Assembly: GCA_964229765.1 (NCBI GenBank)
Contig: CAXREJ010000053.1
Coordinates: 1,359-65,358, forward strand
Direction of reading: 5' to 3'
Length of the DNA stretch: 64,000 nucleotides
DNA from: Bdellovibrionales bacterium
Lineage (GTDB): Bacteria > Bdellovibrionota > Bdellovibrionia > Bdellovibrionales > JAGQZY01
How positions within the stretch are numbered: the stretch's first letter is position 1; every line of letters begins with the position of its first letter. A model generated the notes under the pieces. It made no database searches, was not told where the DNA came from, and saw nothing but the letters and a program-made list of their open reading frames with translations. Below, piece by piece: positions 37,268 to 46,702 of the stretch. The position numbers and the translations under genes were made by a program.

Positions 37268-37288
37268 ATTTCCTCCCATTATAAAATT

Positions 37289-39307
37289 CTATTTTAAAAT
37301 TTCTTTGCAAAGCTGTTTCGATTGGGGCGTTCCCCAGATGTGAATAATATCACCTTTGCGTATGATAATTGAATTTGAGGGGAACATGATTTGATTGGTT
37401 CCTCTTGAGATTGAAACTATAGTGGCGCCTGTTCGGTTTCTAATATCAAGATCAGAAACAGTTTTACCAGGAATGTCCTCACCCTCGATTAATATAGATT
37501 CTAAATCTTCAAGTCCTGGTATTCTTGGAGGCGATTTTAGTTCAGGTATTGCGCTGAACGTTTGGCTTTTTATAACTGCCACAAGTTTTTCGCTGCCAGC
37601 GGCTTCGTATTCAAGAGTGACCTTGCCAGCACTTCGCCATAAACGGTAAATAATCGTAAAGAAAATCAGTAGAGTTATAATGTTAAATAAAAAGTTATCC
37701 ACAAAGGGTCTTAACGAAGCTAGTAAAGGAAAACTAACGACAAGACTAAGCAGTGACCACAGGGTAAGTTTAAAAAGCTTTTCGGCAGGATTTTGTTCCT
37801 TTGTACTTGTGAGGTTTACGGGGAAGACAGAGTGGGACAATCGAATAATAAGAGAGGAGGACATTTTCACAAAGCCAAAAAGAATAGGTATTAATATGAT
37901 TGCTAGAAAGGACAGAATGAGTAGCTTGCCAAATAAGGTGCTTTCATCAACACCGACTTTTTCAAGAACGCCTGGTAAAAAAGTGAGAAAAAGGGGAGGA
38001 AGGGCTATAAGGAGAAGAGAATCTAAGATTAGACCCACTATAACTTTTTTGGGAATACCTAAAATTCCCTCTTCCGAAGAGCTTTCTCTGATTCGGTTAA
38101 ACCAAGCTTCGTAAAGGCCAATAGTGATTCTCATTTTCTCAGGAGTGATTCTGGAGATAAACAAAATAATCTGCTTTGAATTTTTCCAAAGTAATGGAGT
38201 GGAAAGTGAAGTTAAAACAGCAACGGATACGATAATAGCTTGAAACTCTTTGGATACCATTCCGGCACTGGCGCCAATGGCTGCAATAATGAAGGAGAAT
38301 TCACCAATTTGTCCAAGGGCTAAAGATGAGAAGAGGGCGCGATTCATCCCTGCCCCAGAAAGAATGCTGCCAGCAAAAACCACAAAAAATTGAGCTAGAA
38401 TGACGAGGGCTGAAACGATCAGAGACTGTGGGAGCACCTTAACGGCTAGAAAAGGATCAACTGTCATACCTATAGAAACGAAAAATATCGCTACAAAAAT
38501 ATCTTTTGTGGGCTTGGAGAGTCTTTCAATTCTATGACCCTTACCGCTTTCGGCTACTAAAATTCCAGCCAGAAAGGCGCCAAGGGCCACGGAATAACCG
38601 AGTGTTTCCACAACTGATGCTAATACAAAGCACAGGCCCACGGAGACAATAATCAAAGTTTCTGAGTTATTTTGCTTGCTAATATAGCGAATAAATTTAG
38701 GAACAATAAAAAGTCCGGTGCCTGTAAGTAGTAGTAGAATAAAAATAAGTTTAACAACCGTTGGTACAATACTTTCGAGGCTAAGATGGTTACTTGCAGC
38801 AAAAGCCCCAAGGACTGTCAGTAAAATAATGGCGACAACATCTTGCACAACTAAAATTCCTAGAACATGTTCTCTTGTCGCTTGGGTAGGGTGTCGTTCT
38901 TCAAAAATTTTACTGACAATCATTGTGGAAGAGATAGCAAGTGCACCTCCCATAAAAATGGATTGCTCGGTGGTCCAATTGAAAAGGTAGCCAATACTCA
39001 TTCCAACAAGAAACATAGCCCCAATTTCTAAGGCAGCGGTCACACCGGAAGTGGGGATAACACGAAAAAACTTAGCGAGACTAAATTCTAGTCCAATGGA
39101 AAACATAACCAATATAACACCAAACTCAGATAGACTTTCCACACGATTTAGATCAGCAAATAAGGGGAAGGGGAGATAGGGGCCTATCATCAGGCCGGCA
39201 ATAAGATATCCGAGGACCGAGGGAAGTCGGAAGCGATGGGATAATGTGCTAGTTAAAGCGGCGACTCCTAAGACCACGGCAATATCTTTTAGAAAACTCT
39301 CGTGCAA
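37289..39307 (-). CDS. CPA2-family cation:proton antiporter (Kef-like) with C-terminal TrkA-C/RCK_C domain
   Basis: 672 aa. TTG start with AGGAG 6 nt upstream. N-terminus is LPSVLGYLIAGLMIGPY. The C-terminal part is GKTVSDLDIRNRTGATIVSISRG...GDIIHIWG. Confidence 0.85.
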   Translation of the reverse strand: MHESFLKDIAVVLGVAALTSTLSHRFRLPSVLGYLIAGLMIGPYLPFPLFADLNRVESLSEFGVILVMFSIGLEFSLAKFFRVIPTSGVTAALEIGAMFLVGMSIGYLFNWTTEQSIFMGGALAISSTMIVSKIFEERHPTQATREHVLGILVVQDVVAIILLTVLGAFAASNHLSLESIVPTVVKLIFILLLLTGTGLFIVPKFIRYISKQNNSETLIIVSVGLCFVLASVVETLGYSVALGAFLAGILVAESGKGHRIERLSKPTKDIFVAIFFVSIGMTVDPFLAVKVLPQSLIVSALVILAQFFVVFAGSILSGAGMNRALFSSLALGQIGEFSFIIAAIGASAGMVSKEFQAIIVSVAVLTSLSTPLLWKNSKQIILFISRITPEKMRITIGLYEAWFNRIRESSSEEGILGIPKKVIVGLILDSLLLIALPPLFLTFLPGVLEKVGVDESTLFGKLLILSFLAIILIPILFGFVKMSSSLIIRLSHSVFPVNLTSTKEQNPAEKLFKLTLWSLLSLVVSFPLLASLRPFVDNFLFNIITLLIFFTIIYRLWRSAGKVTLEYEAAGSEKLVAVIKSQTFSAIPELKSPPRIPGLEDLESILIEGEDIPGKTVSDLDIRNRTGATIVSISRGTNQIMFPSNSIIIRKGDIIHIWGTPQSKQLCKEILK

Positions 39308-39328
39308 ACTTATCTCCTATAGATAAAG

Positions 39329-39360
39329 GCCTTGTTTTCAGGTCTAATAGAAAACAAGGC
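39329..39360 (-). promoter_or_regulatory. 11-bp perfect hairpin immediately upstream of the kef RBS (terminator/attenuator or 5-prime UTR structure)
   Basis: gccttgttttc (39329-39339) pairs with gaaaacaaggc (39350-39360). Confidence 0.35.
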
Positions 39361-39426
39361 TCGGACTGTTGATAAATCAACAGCTTGAAGTTTAACGATT
39401 TAATGATCTTTTATCAATCTTAATAC

Positions 39427-39585
39427 TTAATTTGGCGGGGATGTTTTATTGTCCTCGTCCTCGGTCTCATCTTTTGCATCAGTGTTACTTAAATGGTTAT
39501 TGTCTGAATCAAAGAATTTTTTAAGGGCAATGGTAATAGGTACCAATATTATAAAAATGATCAGTGCTTTAAACTCTGTTGACAT
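39427..39585 (-). CDS. Possible small membrane protein (52 aa), below the ORF-track cutoff
   Basis: Manual translation gives MSTEFKALIIFIILVPITIALKKFFDSDNNHLSNTDAKDETEDEDNKTSPPN: one hydrophobic helix plus an acidic tail. No clear RBS. Confidence 0.3.
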   Translation of the reverse strand: MSTEFKALIIFIILVPITIALKKFFDSDNNHLSNTDAKDETEDEDNKTSPPN

Positions 39586-39848
39586 AAAAATCCTTTTGTA
39601 AATTATGATTACATTTATTTTGGCAAAATTAAAAAATGCTATTTGAGTTCATAGAGTGACTTAATAAAAGATGTTCTCTTTTGTTAAGAAGACACAATCT
39701 TTAATAGTTTTAAGATAACCGCAGTCATAAGTTTTAAGTAAAGATCATGGAAATGCTTAACGAATAATCTTTAATAAAATACCTATTTACTAAAAAGTTA
39801 AATTAAGGCTATTTAAGTAACGATTAGTAAACTCAAGGTGGAATAGGC

Positions 39849-40169
39849 TCAAATAAGAAAGCTGCAGATCAGAATATAAATTTTGAAAATGCAATAAGTG
39901 CCATTTTTCTTAAACGACAGACGTGGAACTATATTTTTTAAAATGCTAAAGTGGAGATTGTAAAGTGTTGACTTGAGGGCGCTTCCAAAAAGGGGGTAGT
40001 CTTTTTCAGGTTTTTCGGATTGGTTTGTGAAGCGAAAAGACAGTGATTTTTTTGATAGAACCGATTGATAAGTGTGTTTTGAATCTGAGGGAAAGAGGCT
40101 GCTTTGAGGCTCTTGAAAAGTCATGGAAAATAAAAAAAGAAGAACCAAACTTAAAATTTTCATTGCCAA
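39849..40169 (-). CDS. Hypothetical small exported protein (weak)
   Basis: 106 aa with signal-like N-terminus MAMKILSLVLLFLFSMTF. AT-rich context, no family. Confidence 0.3.
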   Translation of the reverse strand: MAMKILSLVLLFLFSMTFQEPQSSLFPSDSKHTYQSVLSKKSLSFRFTNQSEKPEKDYPLFGSALKSTLYNLHFSILKNIVPRLSFKKNGTYCIFKIYILICSFLI

Positions 40170-40607
40170 CCTTAATAAGAACTATACGCCTCTAAAGTCA
40201 GGTAGGCAATTTTATTATTTGCATAAATTCACCATTGTTTGAGAGGGGGATCAATTGGTTCAATTTAAAAGTCATTTGACTTTTAGAGGAGCTGAAAAAG
40301 GTCGATTGCAGGCTTAATTTTAGGCTTTTTTATGGTTATATTATCGAATGTTGTGTTGGATGGTTTGAGTGACTTTAGGAAAAATCTTGTCAAAACTTTA
40401 GACAGGTCTACGTTGGGAATTTAAGTCTGTATTTAAGGGAAATCAAAATAACCAGAACATTAAGGGCATAGGAGCAAATATATCCGTTACAGTAGCATCG
40501 TTATTACCCTGTGTTTAAAATAAATATAAGTGTGAAAAAAATCCAGTGATTCCTCACCTGTAATGGCTTTTATTTATTTTTATATAAATTTAGGGCATTG
40601 TGGGGTT

Positions 40608-41930
40608 ATGAGTTCTCTAGCCCAAATCCATAAATCCTTATTGGTCGTATTTAGAAAAGTTCTCATTGTTGTTATTTTACTTCTTTTACAATCAGCCATC
40701 GCTCTTGGGTCCACACAATACTGTGTCAGTCTTTTCAATGCCTATTCGATCAGCGCGCGCAGTCGTATTGATGCTGAAAACATTATCAATAGTTTTGTCA
40801 GAGCCGGTCACGGTCATGATTTGCTTTTATCAAGTTTTGCGAGGCATCGTTATGGAGTTCAAATCTCAGACTCTAATCGCAATGAACTCAATGAACGTTT
40901 TATTTTATCTTTAGGTGCATTTTTGGACCAGTCGCGTGACAGTGATTTAGAGAGGCAACAAAGACAAAGTCTTTCAGAGGAGCTAAGTTATCGTAGTCGG
41001 GGAGAAAACTCTTTTGAAGCGGTGAGTGAAAGGAATTTGTTGCATTGGTTGGATCGATTTTCTCTTGATGACTTTAATGAGCTTCCGATCACAGTTCAAA
41101 CTGAAATCCTTAACTCAAAAGATCAGTTTAAGTTTTATTTTGAGCATAATACTGTCAATCAAAATCGTTCGGCGATATTGTCAACATCCTTATTGAGTGC
41201 TCGAGTATTGAGTGAGTTTGGATTGAATTTAGGTCTTAATACAGGGCATTTCAATCAACAGACTTTGAGGACAGATAATAATGTTTATTTTTTCATTCGA
41301 GCTATGGATGCTAGATTAGCGACACCAAGACCTGAACATAGTCAGTATGGCGATGTCAGTCTATTTTTGAATAATAATTATGCACAAAGTGCTGGTTGGA
41401 TTTCCGCTTTTGTTATGTATCCTAGCCAGCTCCTTCAGTTGGTGGAAAGGACAGACCCGCAAACATGGAGAAACTTTTATAGTCAATTACCGGATGATTT
41501 CAAGTTTCAGTATGAAATGGGTGGAGTCATAAGTGAAGCTGTTTGGAGAAGTCTTTTTACCCCTGAGAATGAAAGTCATTGGAGACCTTTGCTTGAGTCT
41601 TATGCCAGAACGGATATGACACTGGCTCATTTTGAGATTTTTATAGGCCAACTGACTCTGTCTTTTTTAACAGAGTTGTATTTAAAAGAAGATAAAAGCG
41701 ATTACGAAAGGTTTCGTACACTTGCGACCCATTCTCCCAATCTCTTTTTAAGTCAAGTTTTGATGAGAGCTGGCTGGATAAATGGAGCAGAATTAAAAGT
41801 TCCTGTCGCTGTTCCATCCAATCAAATTAATGTTTACCAAAATCGAAATGAGCATGAGGAATTTGGTTTTGGACGCCAAAGAGGTGTATTTTCTAATAGG
41901 CCTTCTTTCTTAAATACTCCTCCTTTTTAA
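40608..41930 (+). CDS. Hypothetical secreted protein (effector-like orphan)
   Basis: 440 aa from ATG 40608. Signal peptide ...LLLLQSAIALG, then STQYCVSLF. No family recognised. Confidence 0.6.
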   Translation: MSSLAQIHKSLLVVFRKVLIVVILLLLQSAIALGSTQYCVSLFNAYSISARSRIDAENIINSFVRAGHGHDLLLSSFARHRYGVQISDSNRNELNERFILSLGAFLDQSRDSDLERQQRQSLSEELSYRSRGENSFEAVSERNLLHWLDRFSLDDFNELPITVQTEILNSKDQFKFYFEHNTVNQNRSAILSTSLLSARVLSEFGLNLGLNTGHFNQQTLRTDNNVYFFIRAMDARLATPRPEHSQYGDVSLFLNNNYAQSAGWISAFVMYPSQLLQLVERTDPQTWRNFYSQLPDDFKFQYEMGGVISEAVWRSLFTPENESHWRPLLESYARTDMTLAHFEIFIGQLTLSFLTELYLKEDKSDYERFRTLATHSPNLFLSQVLMRAGWINGAELKVPVAVPSNQINVYQNRNEHEEFGFGRQRGVFSNRPSFLNTPPF

Positions 41931-42104
41931 ACTTAAATTGATTGTTCCAATCAGATGAGAGGGCGCCCCCTCGTTTATAAATAATACAAAGCGGTGACGA
42001 TAATTGTCTCAAGGAGAGAATTTTAAGGAATTCCGTCCGTCATATCGAACATACAAGGAGAAGAGCGGTCCTCTTTTTGCTCTTCATAGGGTTGGAGAAT
42101 CATT

Positions 42105-42893
42105 ATGAAGATATTAAAAGTATTTTTAACTATGACTGTATTTTTTGTTGTTTGTGGTGCTCAGGCGGGAACCAAGACTTTTTCAGCCTTTGAATTTTTA
42201 TCTCGCTTTAACCCTCAGGCCGCCAAAAAAATGACTTCTCAAAATAAAAAAATATCTGTCAGCCGTGTCTTTGCAAAAGGCTCTATACTTTCTTTTAATT
42301 ACGGATCAATCCATTTGCGTTTTGAATACAATGGAAAAGAGAATCATTTTTTAAGTCTTAATGGTGTGGCATTTTCTAAAGAAGAGCTTAAGAATCAAAA
42401 TAAACTTAAAAAACTGATTGTGACTCGCTTTGGATTAAAACTAAAAAAAGTGAGCAACCATAGACGTTTCGCTTCAGAAACCACGGTCTCCCCTTTGGGA
42501 GAAGAATCTACAGTTTCAGTGGAAGACACTGGTAGTATCGAAGAAAGAGATGCTCAATTTTGGAGTCAAATCAGTGCAGAAACAGACCCGTCGCCGAATG
42601 AAGAAAGTTCTTTTGGTGCAGTCAATTTTGGTGATGCCTTTGAATCAAGAGAAGTTTGTCTTTTTTGTGATGCGCAAGAGCCAACAAACAATACCATTCG
42701 TACCCATCGTCAACGTATGGAGTTGGCATTTGGAATGATCACCGGTGAGGAACAGCAAGGTATGCTTAACTTTATGGGTGGATGGATGAGTGGACTGAAT
42801 TCCATGTTATCTACAAATACTCCGTTAGACGCATTTATGAATTCAGGCATGAATAGTCCTAATTCTATTGAAATGCCAAGGTATTATAATTAA
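42105..42893 (+). CDS. Hypothetical exported protein with Met/Asn/Gly-rich C-terminus
   Basis: 262 aa. Signal peptide MKILKVFLTMTVFFVVCGAQAG. GGAGAA RBS. Confidence 0.55.
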   Translation: MKILKVFLTMTVFFVVCGAQAGTKTFSAFEFLSRFNPQAAKKMTSQNKKISVSRVFAKGSILSFNYGSIHLRFEYNGKENHFLSLNGVAFSKEELKNQNKLKKLIVTRFGLKLKKVSNHRRFASETTVSPLGEESTVSVEDTGSIEERDAQFWSQISAETDPSPNEESSFGAVNFGDAFESREVCLFCDAQEPTNNTIRTHRQRMELAFGMITGEEQQGMLNFMGGWMSGLNSMLSTNTPLDAFMNSGMNSPNSIEMPRYYN

Positions 42894-43045
42894 ATCAGTC
42901 TAAAGAGGAAGTTTATAAAGAACTTCTCGTTGAATTCAAGCAAGCACTATTCTTACTAAGTTGCAAAAACTGATTTCTATATACTTAAAGTTATTGAAGT
43001 TTAAAATATAGAATGTAACATAAGTGTTGTTAGGGAGGGGATGGC

Positions 43046-43321
43046 ATGGTTGAACATAATCAAAATGAAAAAATGTTTTTTGTAAAGATAGATAAGGACC
43101 TGGCATTTATTAAATATGATCTATCAGATCCTGAGACTATGGATATTTATAAAACCTATGTGCCCGAGAGTTTAAGGGGTAAGGGTCTTGCCGGACAGTT
43201 GGCTCAAGCGGCCTTGGATTTTGCATTAAGAGAAAATAAAAAAGTGATCCCGAGCTGTTCCTATGTGGATAGTTTCATGACGAAAAACACAGCCTATCAA
43301 AATCTGCGTAAGTCAGTTTAA
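43046..43321 (+). CDS. Small GNAT-like acetyltransferase (YjdJ / Acetyltransf_CG type)
   Basis: 91 aa. YVPESLRGKGLAGQLAQAALDFALRENKKVIPSCSYV. GGGAGGGG RBS. Confidence 0.65.
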   Translation: MVEHNQNEKMFFVKIDKDLAFIKYDLSDPETMDIYKTYVPESLRGKGLAGQLAQAALDFALRENKKVIPSCSYVDSFMTKNTAYQNLRKSV

Positions 43322-43386
43322 TTTTCAAATACAAAGATACTTAAATGACACCATTTTTTTATTCTTAGGTCTTGAGACCGTACACT

Positions 43387-44118
43387 CTAATCGGATTCTG
43401 GCTGAGAGGGGACTGAGCTGGAACTGTCTATGGTTCTACGGGCGACTTGATTCAAACAGGAAATATCACCTGAACTAAGAATAGGGTTGGTTGTAGGGTT
43501 TTGTTGATTGGTTTGAGCCGCAATTCCCATAGGGGAGAATAAATGCATGACAGAGAGAGGGTCGAAGTCTCCAACGATTAGGGTATGAGGGGGGAAGCGA
43601 TTAGTGTCTTTGATGGGGTCTCTTGGAGAATCATGAGAAAAGCCTAATAAATGAAGAGTTTCATGGATCATAATATATTTAATTGCAAAGTCTGTTTGCA
43701 CCCCTTGAGGATTATCATCTTTTCCTGATCTATCTAGATAAGGCATTACAATATTAATGGGCTCGGTGGAGGCCCCTGGCCCTTTAGAGACAGCATGTCC
43801 TAAAGTAACTTCAGTGGAAAAATCGACGCGTATCATAGGGGTAAGTTCAGAATCCTCATTAAAAACGCAGGTCTGAAAGCCGAAGAAGTGAAAATCAGTT
43901 TGTTGACTCATTTCAACGTAGGCTTGAGTAGCTAGTTCGATAGCTGCGGAAAAAGCTTGTTCGTGTTCTAGGTCATTGGGATTCGCTTCTAGGAAACAGA
44001 CCTCAATTCGATTTGAAGGCCAATAAGCATTTTCACCCCCTTGCCATATGCAAGCCCAAAGAGGTGTTGTTATTAAACAAGAAAGAACTATTAAAAGGAT
44101 ATTCAATGCGGAGTTCAT
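43387..44118 (-). CDS. Secreted metzincin-type zinc metalloprotease
   Basis: Signal peptide plus extended zinc motif HETLHLLGFSHD (HExxHxxGxxH). Confidence 0.75.
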   Translation of the reverse strand: MNSALNILLIVLSCLITTPLWACIWQGGENAYWPSNRIEVCFLEANPNDLEHEQAFSAAIELATQAYVEMSQQTDFHFFGFQTCVFNEDSELTPMIRVDFSTEVTLGHAVSKGPGASTEPINIVMPYLDRSGKDDNPQGVQTDFAIKYIMIHETLHLLGFSHDSPRDPIKDTNRFPPHTLIVGDFDPLSVMHLFSPMGIAAQTNQQNPTTNPILSSGDISCLNQVARRTIDSSSSVPSQPESD

Positions 44119-44405
44119 AGGGACAAAGTATTTCTAAAGGCGTTCTTTTCCAACCTTTTAAGTGAATGTGAGTAAAGATGTCAGGATTGATAAATAATAA
44201 GACGACTAATTATTAAACAACTTGGATTCGCGACAGAATGTCTCATATTGAGACATGAGAATGGGCTAAGCATTACGGTGCCATTTTTTGGCATCTCCTG
44301 AGAATTTCTCGTTTTTTTTAGGCTTAAACCTAATCCATTCGATTCTAAATGGCTTAACACTTGCAACATAGTTAGATGAATCAATTTATTTAATTAGAGG
44401 AAGCT

Positions 44406-46640
44406 ATGCTTAAAATATCACGACTCGAAACGCGTTTGCAGGAAATCATTTTCCTTTTAACGATCACATTTTCACTTTCCATAGCGGTGGGAGGTCTTTT
44501 TTATTTAACTTTGAGTCCTCAAAACTTTTTAAACGCCGCCGGTATGACGGGATCTTATATGATCTCATCAGGTTTTAGTGGGTTTGGTTTGACCTATTTT
44601 TTCTTTGTGGTTTTCACACTACACATGGGGCACCTCACTTTGGGGACCGCTCTTTATGTGAGAGATATTGTGCGTGGCTATAGAATGTATTTCAAGAATT
44701 TTGCCATTTATTTTACAGTGATGCTTTTGATCTCCAGTTTTTTGACGGTGCTTGAAGCTTACAATCACTGGGAAAGCACTCAACTTTTTGCCAATGGTTT
44801 TGGTGGGTGGTTTGGTTCACTCATTGGTGGAATGCTCTTTAAAAGCTTTGGGCTTTACGGGGCTCTTGTTATTCTTTTTTGTTTCACATCGATTCTTGGT
44901 ATTTCTGCTGGCTTCATGGAAATTGTTCATTCCTTTTATGTTATGAAGGATATTTTTAAAGAATTATTTAAAAATATTAGAACTCATGGGCCGAGAAAAC
45001 TTAAAATGTGGGCCGAGTCGGTTATTGATTTTATAGATCAAAAGCCACAATATGCTTCTGGGCAAAACTCCACTCAATCAACATTTAAAAGAGATATGGA
45101 TGTTCAATCTTATCACCGTAATAACTGGGTCAGTAGCCCTTATCAAGGGGGAAGGTTAGCGACAGATCACTTTCATACTCCAGATGAGGGTTTAATTGCT
45201 AATGAGCAAGAGGATACAAAACAGGAAGTTGTGTCAAGAGAGGTTGAAGAAAGATTACCTCTTCAAAATAGACAAGAGGAAATTGTACATAGAGAAGAAG
45301 TAATCGACTCACCAGATATTAAAAAGAAGAAAGTAAAAAGAACACCTAAGAGTGACTCCGTTACCGTGGAAGAGGTTTCAGTCGAAGCGGTACAGAAAGA
45401 GGAAGTGAAAGTAGAAAAAGAAGACGTTGAGATTTCAGCATGGACGAAGCGATATAAAAAGGTAGATCCATGTCTGTTGGAAAAGCCTGAAAAGAAAGTT
45501 GTGAAGTCTGATAAAGAGATCAATGAACTTTGCAATGTCTTAAGCGAAAGATTAGAAAGTTTTGGAATAAAAGGCAAGATTCTTGCCGCTCACCAAGGTG
45601 TCACATTGACCATGTTTGAGTTTCAGCCAGCAGCGGGTATGAAGCTTTCTAAAATCCAAAGCCTGAGTGATGATCTCGCTTTGGTTCTAGGGGCAAAAGC
45701 AATACGTATTTTGACTCCAATCCCTGGTAAAACGACCGTTGGTATTGAGGTCCCGAATAAGGAAGTCGCGACATTACGCTTTTCTGAAATGGTTGCTACT
45801 TGTATGAAAAAGAAGAGTTTGGAATTACCCGTTCCATTGGGAGTGGATGTTTATAATAATCCCCATGTTAACGACCTTACCAAAATGCCCCATTTATTGG
45901 TTTCGGGAACAACCGGTTCTGGTAAATCTGTTTTTATGAATTCCCTTATCTCTGGTTTGATTTTTCATAAATCTCCTAAAGAGTTACGTTTTTTGATGAT
46001 TGATCCTAAAATGATCGAGTTGAGTCCTTATAATGGTATTCCCCATTTGCTAAAACCAGTGATAACGGATGTTGAAGAGGCAAAAAACTTGCTTTTATGG
46101 GCTGAGAAAGAAATGGATCGACGTTATCAAATATTTGCGGACATGCAGTCTAAGAATATAGTGAGTTTTAATCAGGCTGTAAAAAAAGGTTCTAAGCGGG
46201 CGATTGAAGGACGATTAAATAAGAAAATTGATTGGAACTTTGAGGAAATGCCCTATATCGTTATAGTGATTGATGAACTAGCAGATCTTATGTTGACCCA
46301 AAGACAAGAGGTTGAAAGGCCTATTACTCGTATTGCACAAAAAGCAAGAGCCGCTGGTATTCATATGGTCATGGCGACACAGAGGCCATCAAGTGATATT
46401 GTTACAGGATTAATTAAGACCAATTTCCCTACACGGGTGTCTTTTAAAGTTTCATCCAATATTGATTCTCGTACAATATTGGATCAACCTGGTGCAGAGA
46501 AACTTTTAGGAAATGGCGACATGCTTTATATGGCTCAAGGTAAAGCCATTGAGAGATTGCAGGGTAGTTTTATGACTGAAGACGAAGTGAAGAAAGTTGT
46601 GCGTGCAGTGAGCTCTCAAGCGACTAAATCAAAAAAATAA
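44406..46640 (+). CDS. ftsK: FtsK/SpoIIIE-family DNA translocase, apparently lacking the C-terminal gamma (KOPS-reading) domain
   Basis: N-terminal TM helices, charged linker, and motor domain with Walker A GTTGSGKSV and VIVIDELADL. The protein ends 17 aa after the EDEVKKVV block. Confidence 0.85.
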   Translation: MLKISRLETRLQEIIFLLTITFSLSIAVGGLFYLTLSPQNFLNAAGMTGSYMISSGFSGFGLTYFFFVVFTLHMGHLTLGTALYVRDIVRGYRMYFKNFAIYFTVMLLISSFLTVLEAYNHWESTQLFANGFGGWFGSLIGGMLFKSFGLYGALVILFCFTSILGISAGFMEIVHSFYVMKDIFKELFKNIRTHGPRKLKMWAESVIDFIDQKPQYASGQNSTQSTFKRDMDVQSYHRNNWVSSPYQGGRLATDHFHTPDEGLIANEQEDTKQEVVSREVEERLPLQNRQEEIVHREEVIDSPDIKKKKVKRTPKSDSVTVEEVSVEAVQKEEVKVEKEDVEISAWTKRYKKVDPCLLEKPEKKVVKSDKEINELCNVLSERLESFGIKGKILAAHQGVTLTMFEFQPAAGMKLSKIQSLSDDLALVLGAKAIRILTPIPGKTTVGIEVPNKEVATLRFSEMVATCMKKKSLELPVPLGVDVYNNPHVNDLTKMPHLLVSGTTGSGKSVFMNSLISGLIFHKSPKELRFLMIDPKMIELSPYNGIPHLLKPVITDVEEAKNLLLWAEKEMDRRYQIFADMQSKNIVSFNQAVKKGSKRAIEGRLNKKIDWNFEEMPYIVIVIDELADLMLTQRQEVERPITRIAQKARAAGIHMVMATQRPSSDIVTGLIKTNFPTRVSFKVSSNIDSRTILDQPGAEKLLGNGDMLYMAQGKAIERLQGSFMTEDEVKKVVRAVSSQATKSKK

Positions 46641-46650
46641 AAATCCAAAA

Positions 46651-46686
46651 TAAGGATTCTCAATTTAAAAATGAATTGAGAATCCT
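46651..46686. terminator. Bidirectional terminator hairpin between convergent ftsK and PAS genes
   Basis: 14-bp perfect stem aaggattctcaatt / aattgagaatcctt, 8-nt loop, with A/T runs on the flanks. Confidence 0.7.
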
Positions 46687-46702
46687 TCAATTAAATCTAA
46701 TT

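Noticed and set aside
37395-38990. Plus-strand ORFs 37395..37649, 37680..38114 and 38718..38990
   Set aside because: They lie entirely antisense within the well-supported Kef antiporter gene. The translations are Ser/Arg/Lys-rich, typical of antisense frames.
44181-44384. 67-aa minus-strand ORF between the metzincin gene and ftsK
   Set aside because: It sits in the ftsK promoter/leader region, with no RBS and no recognisable features.
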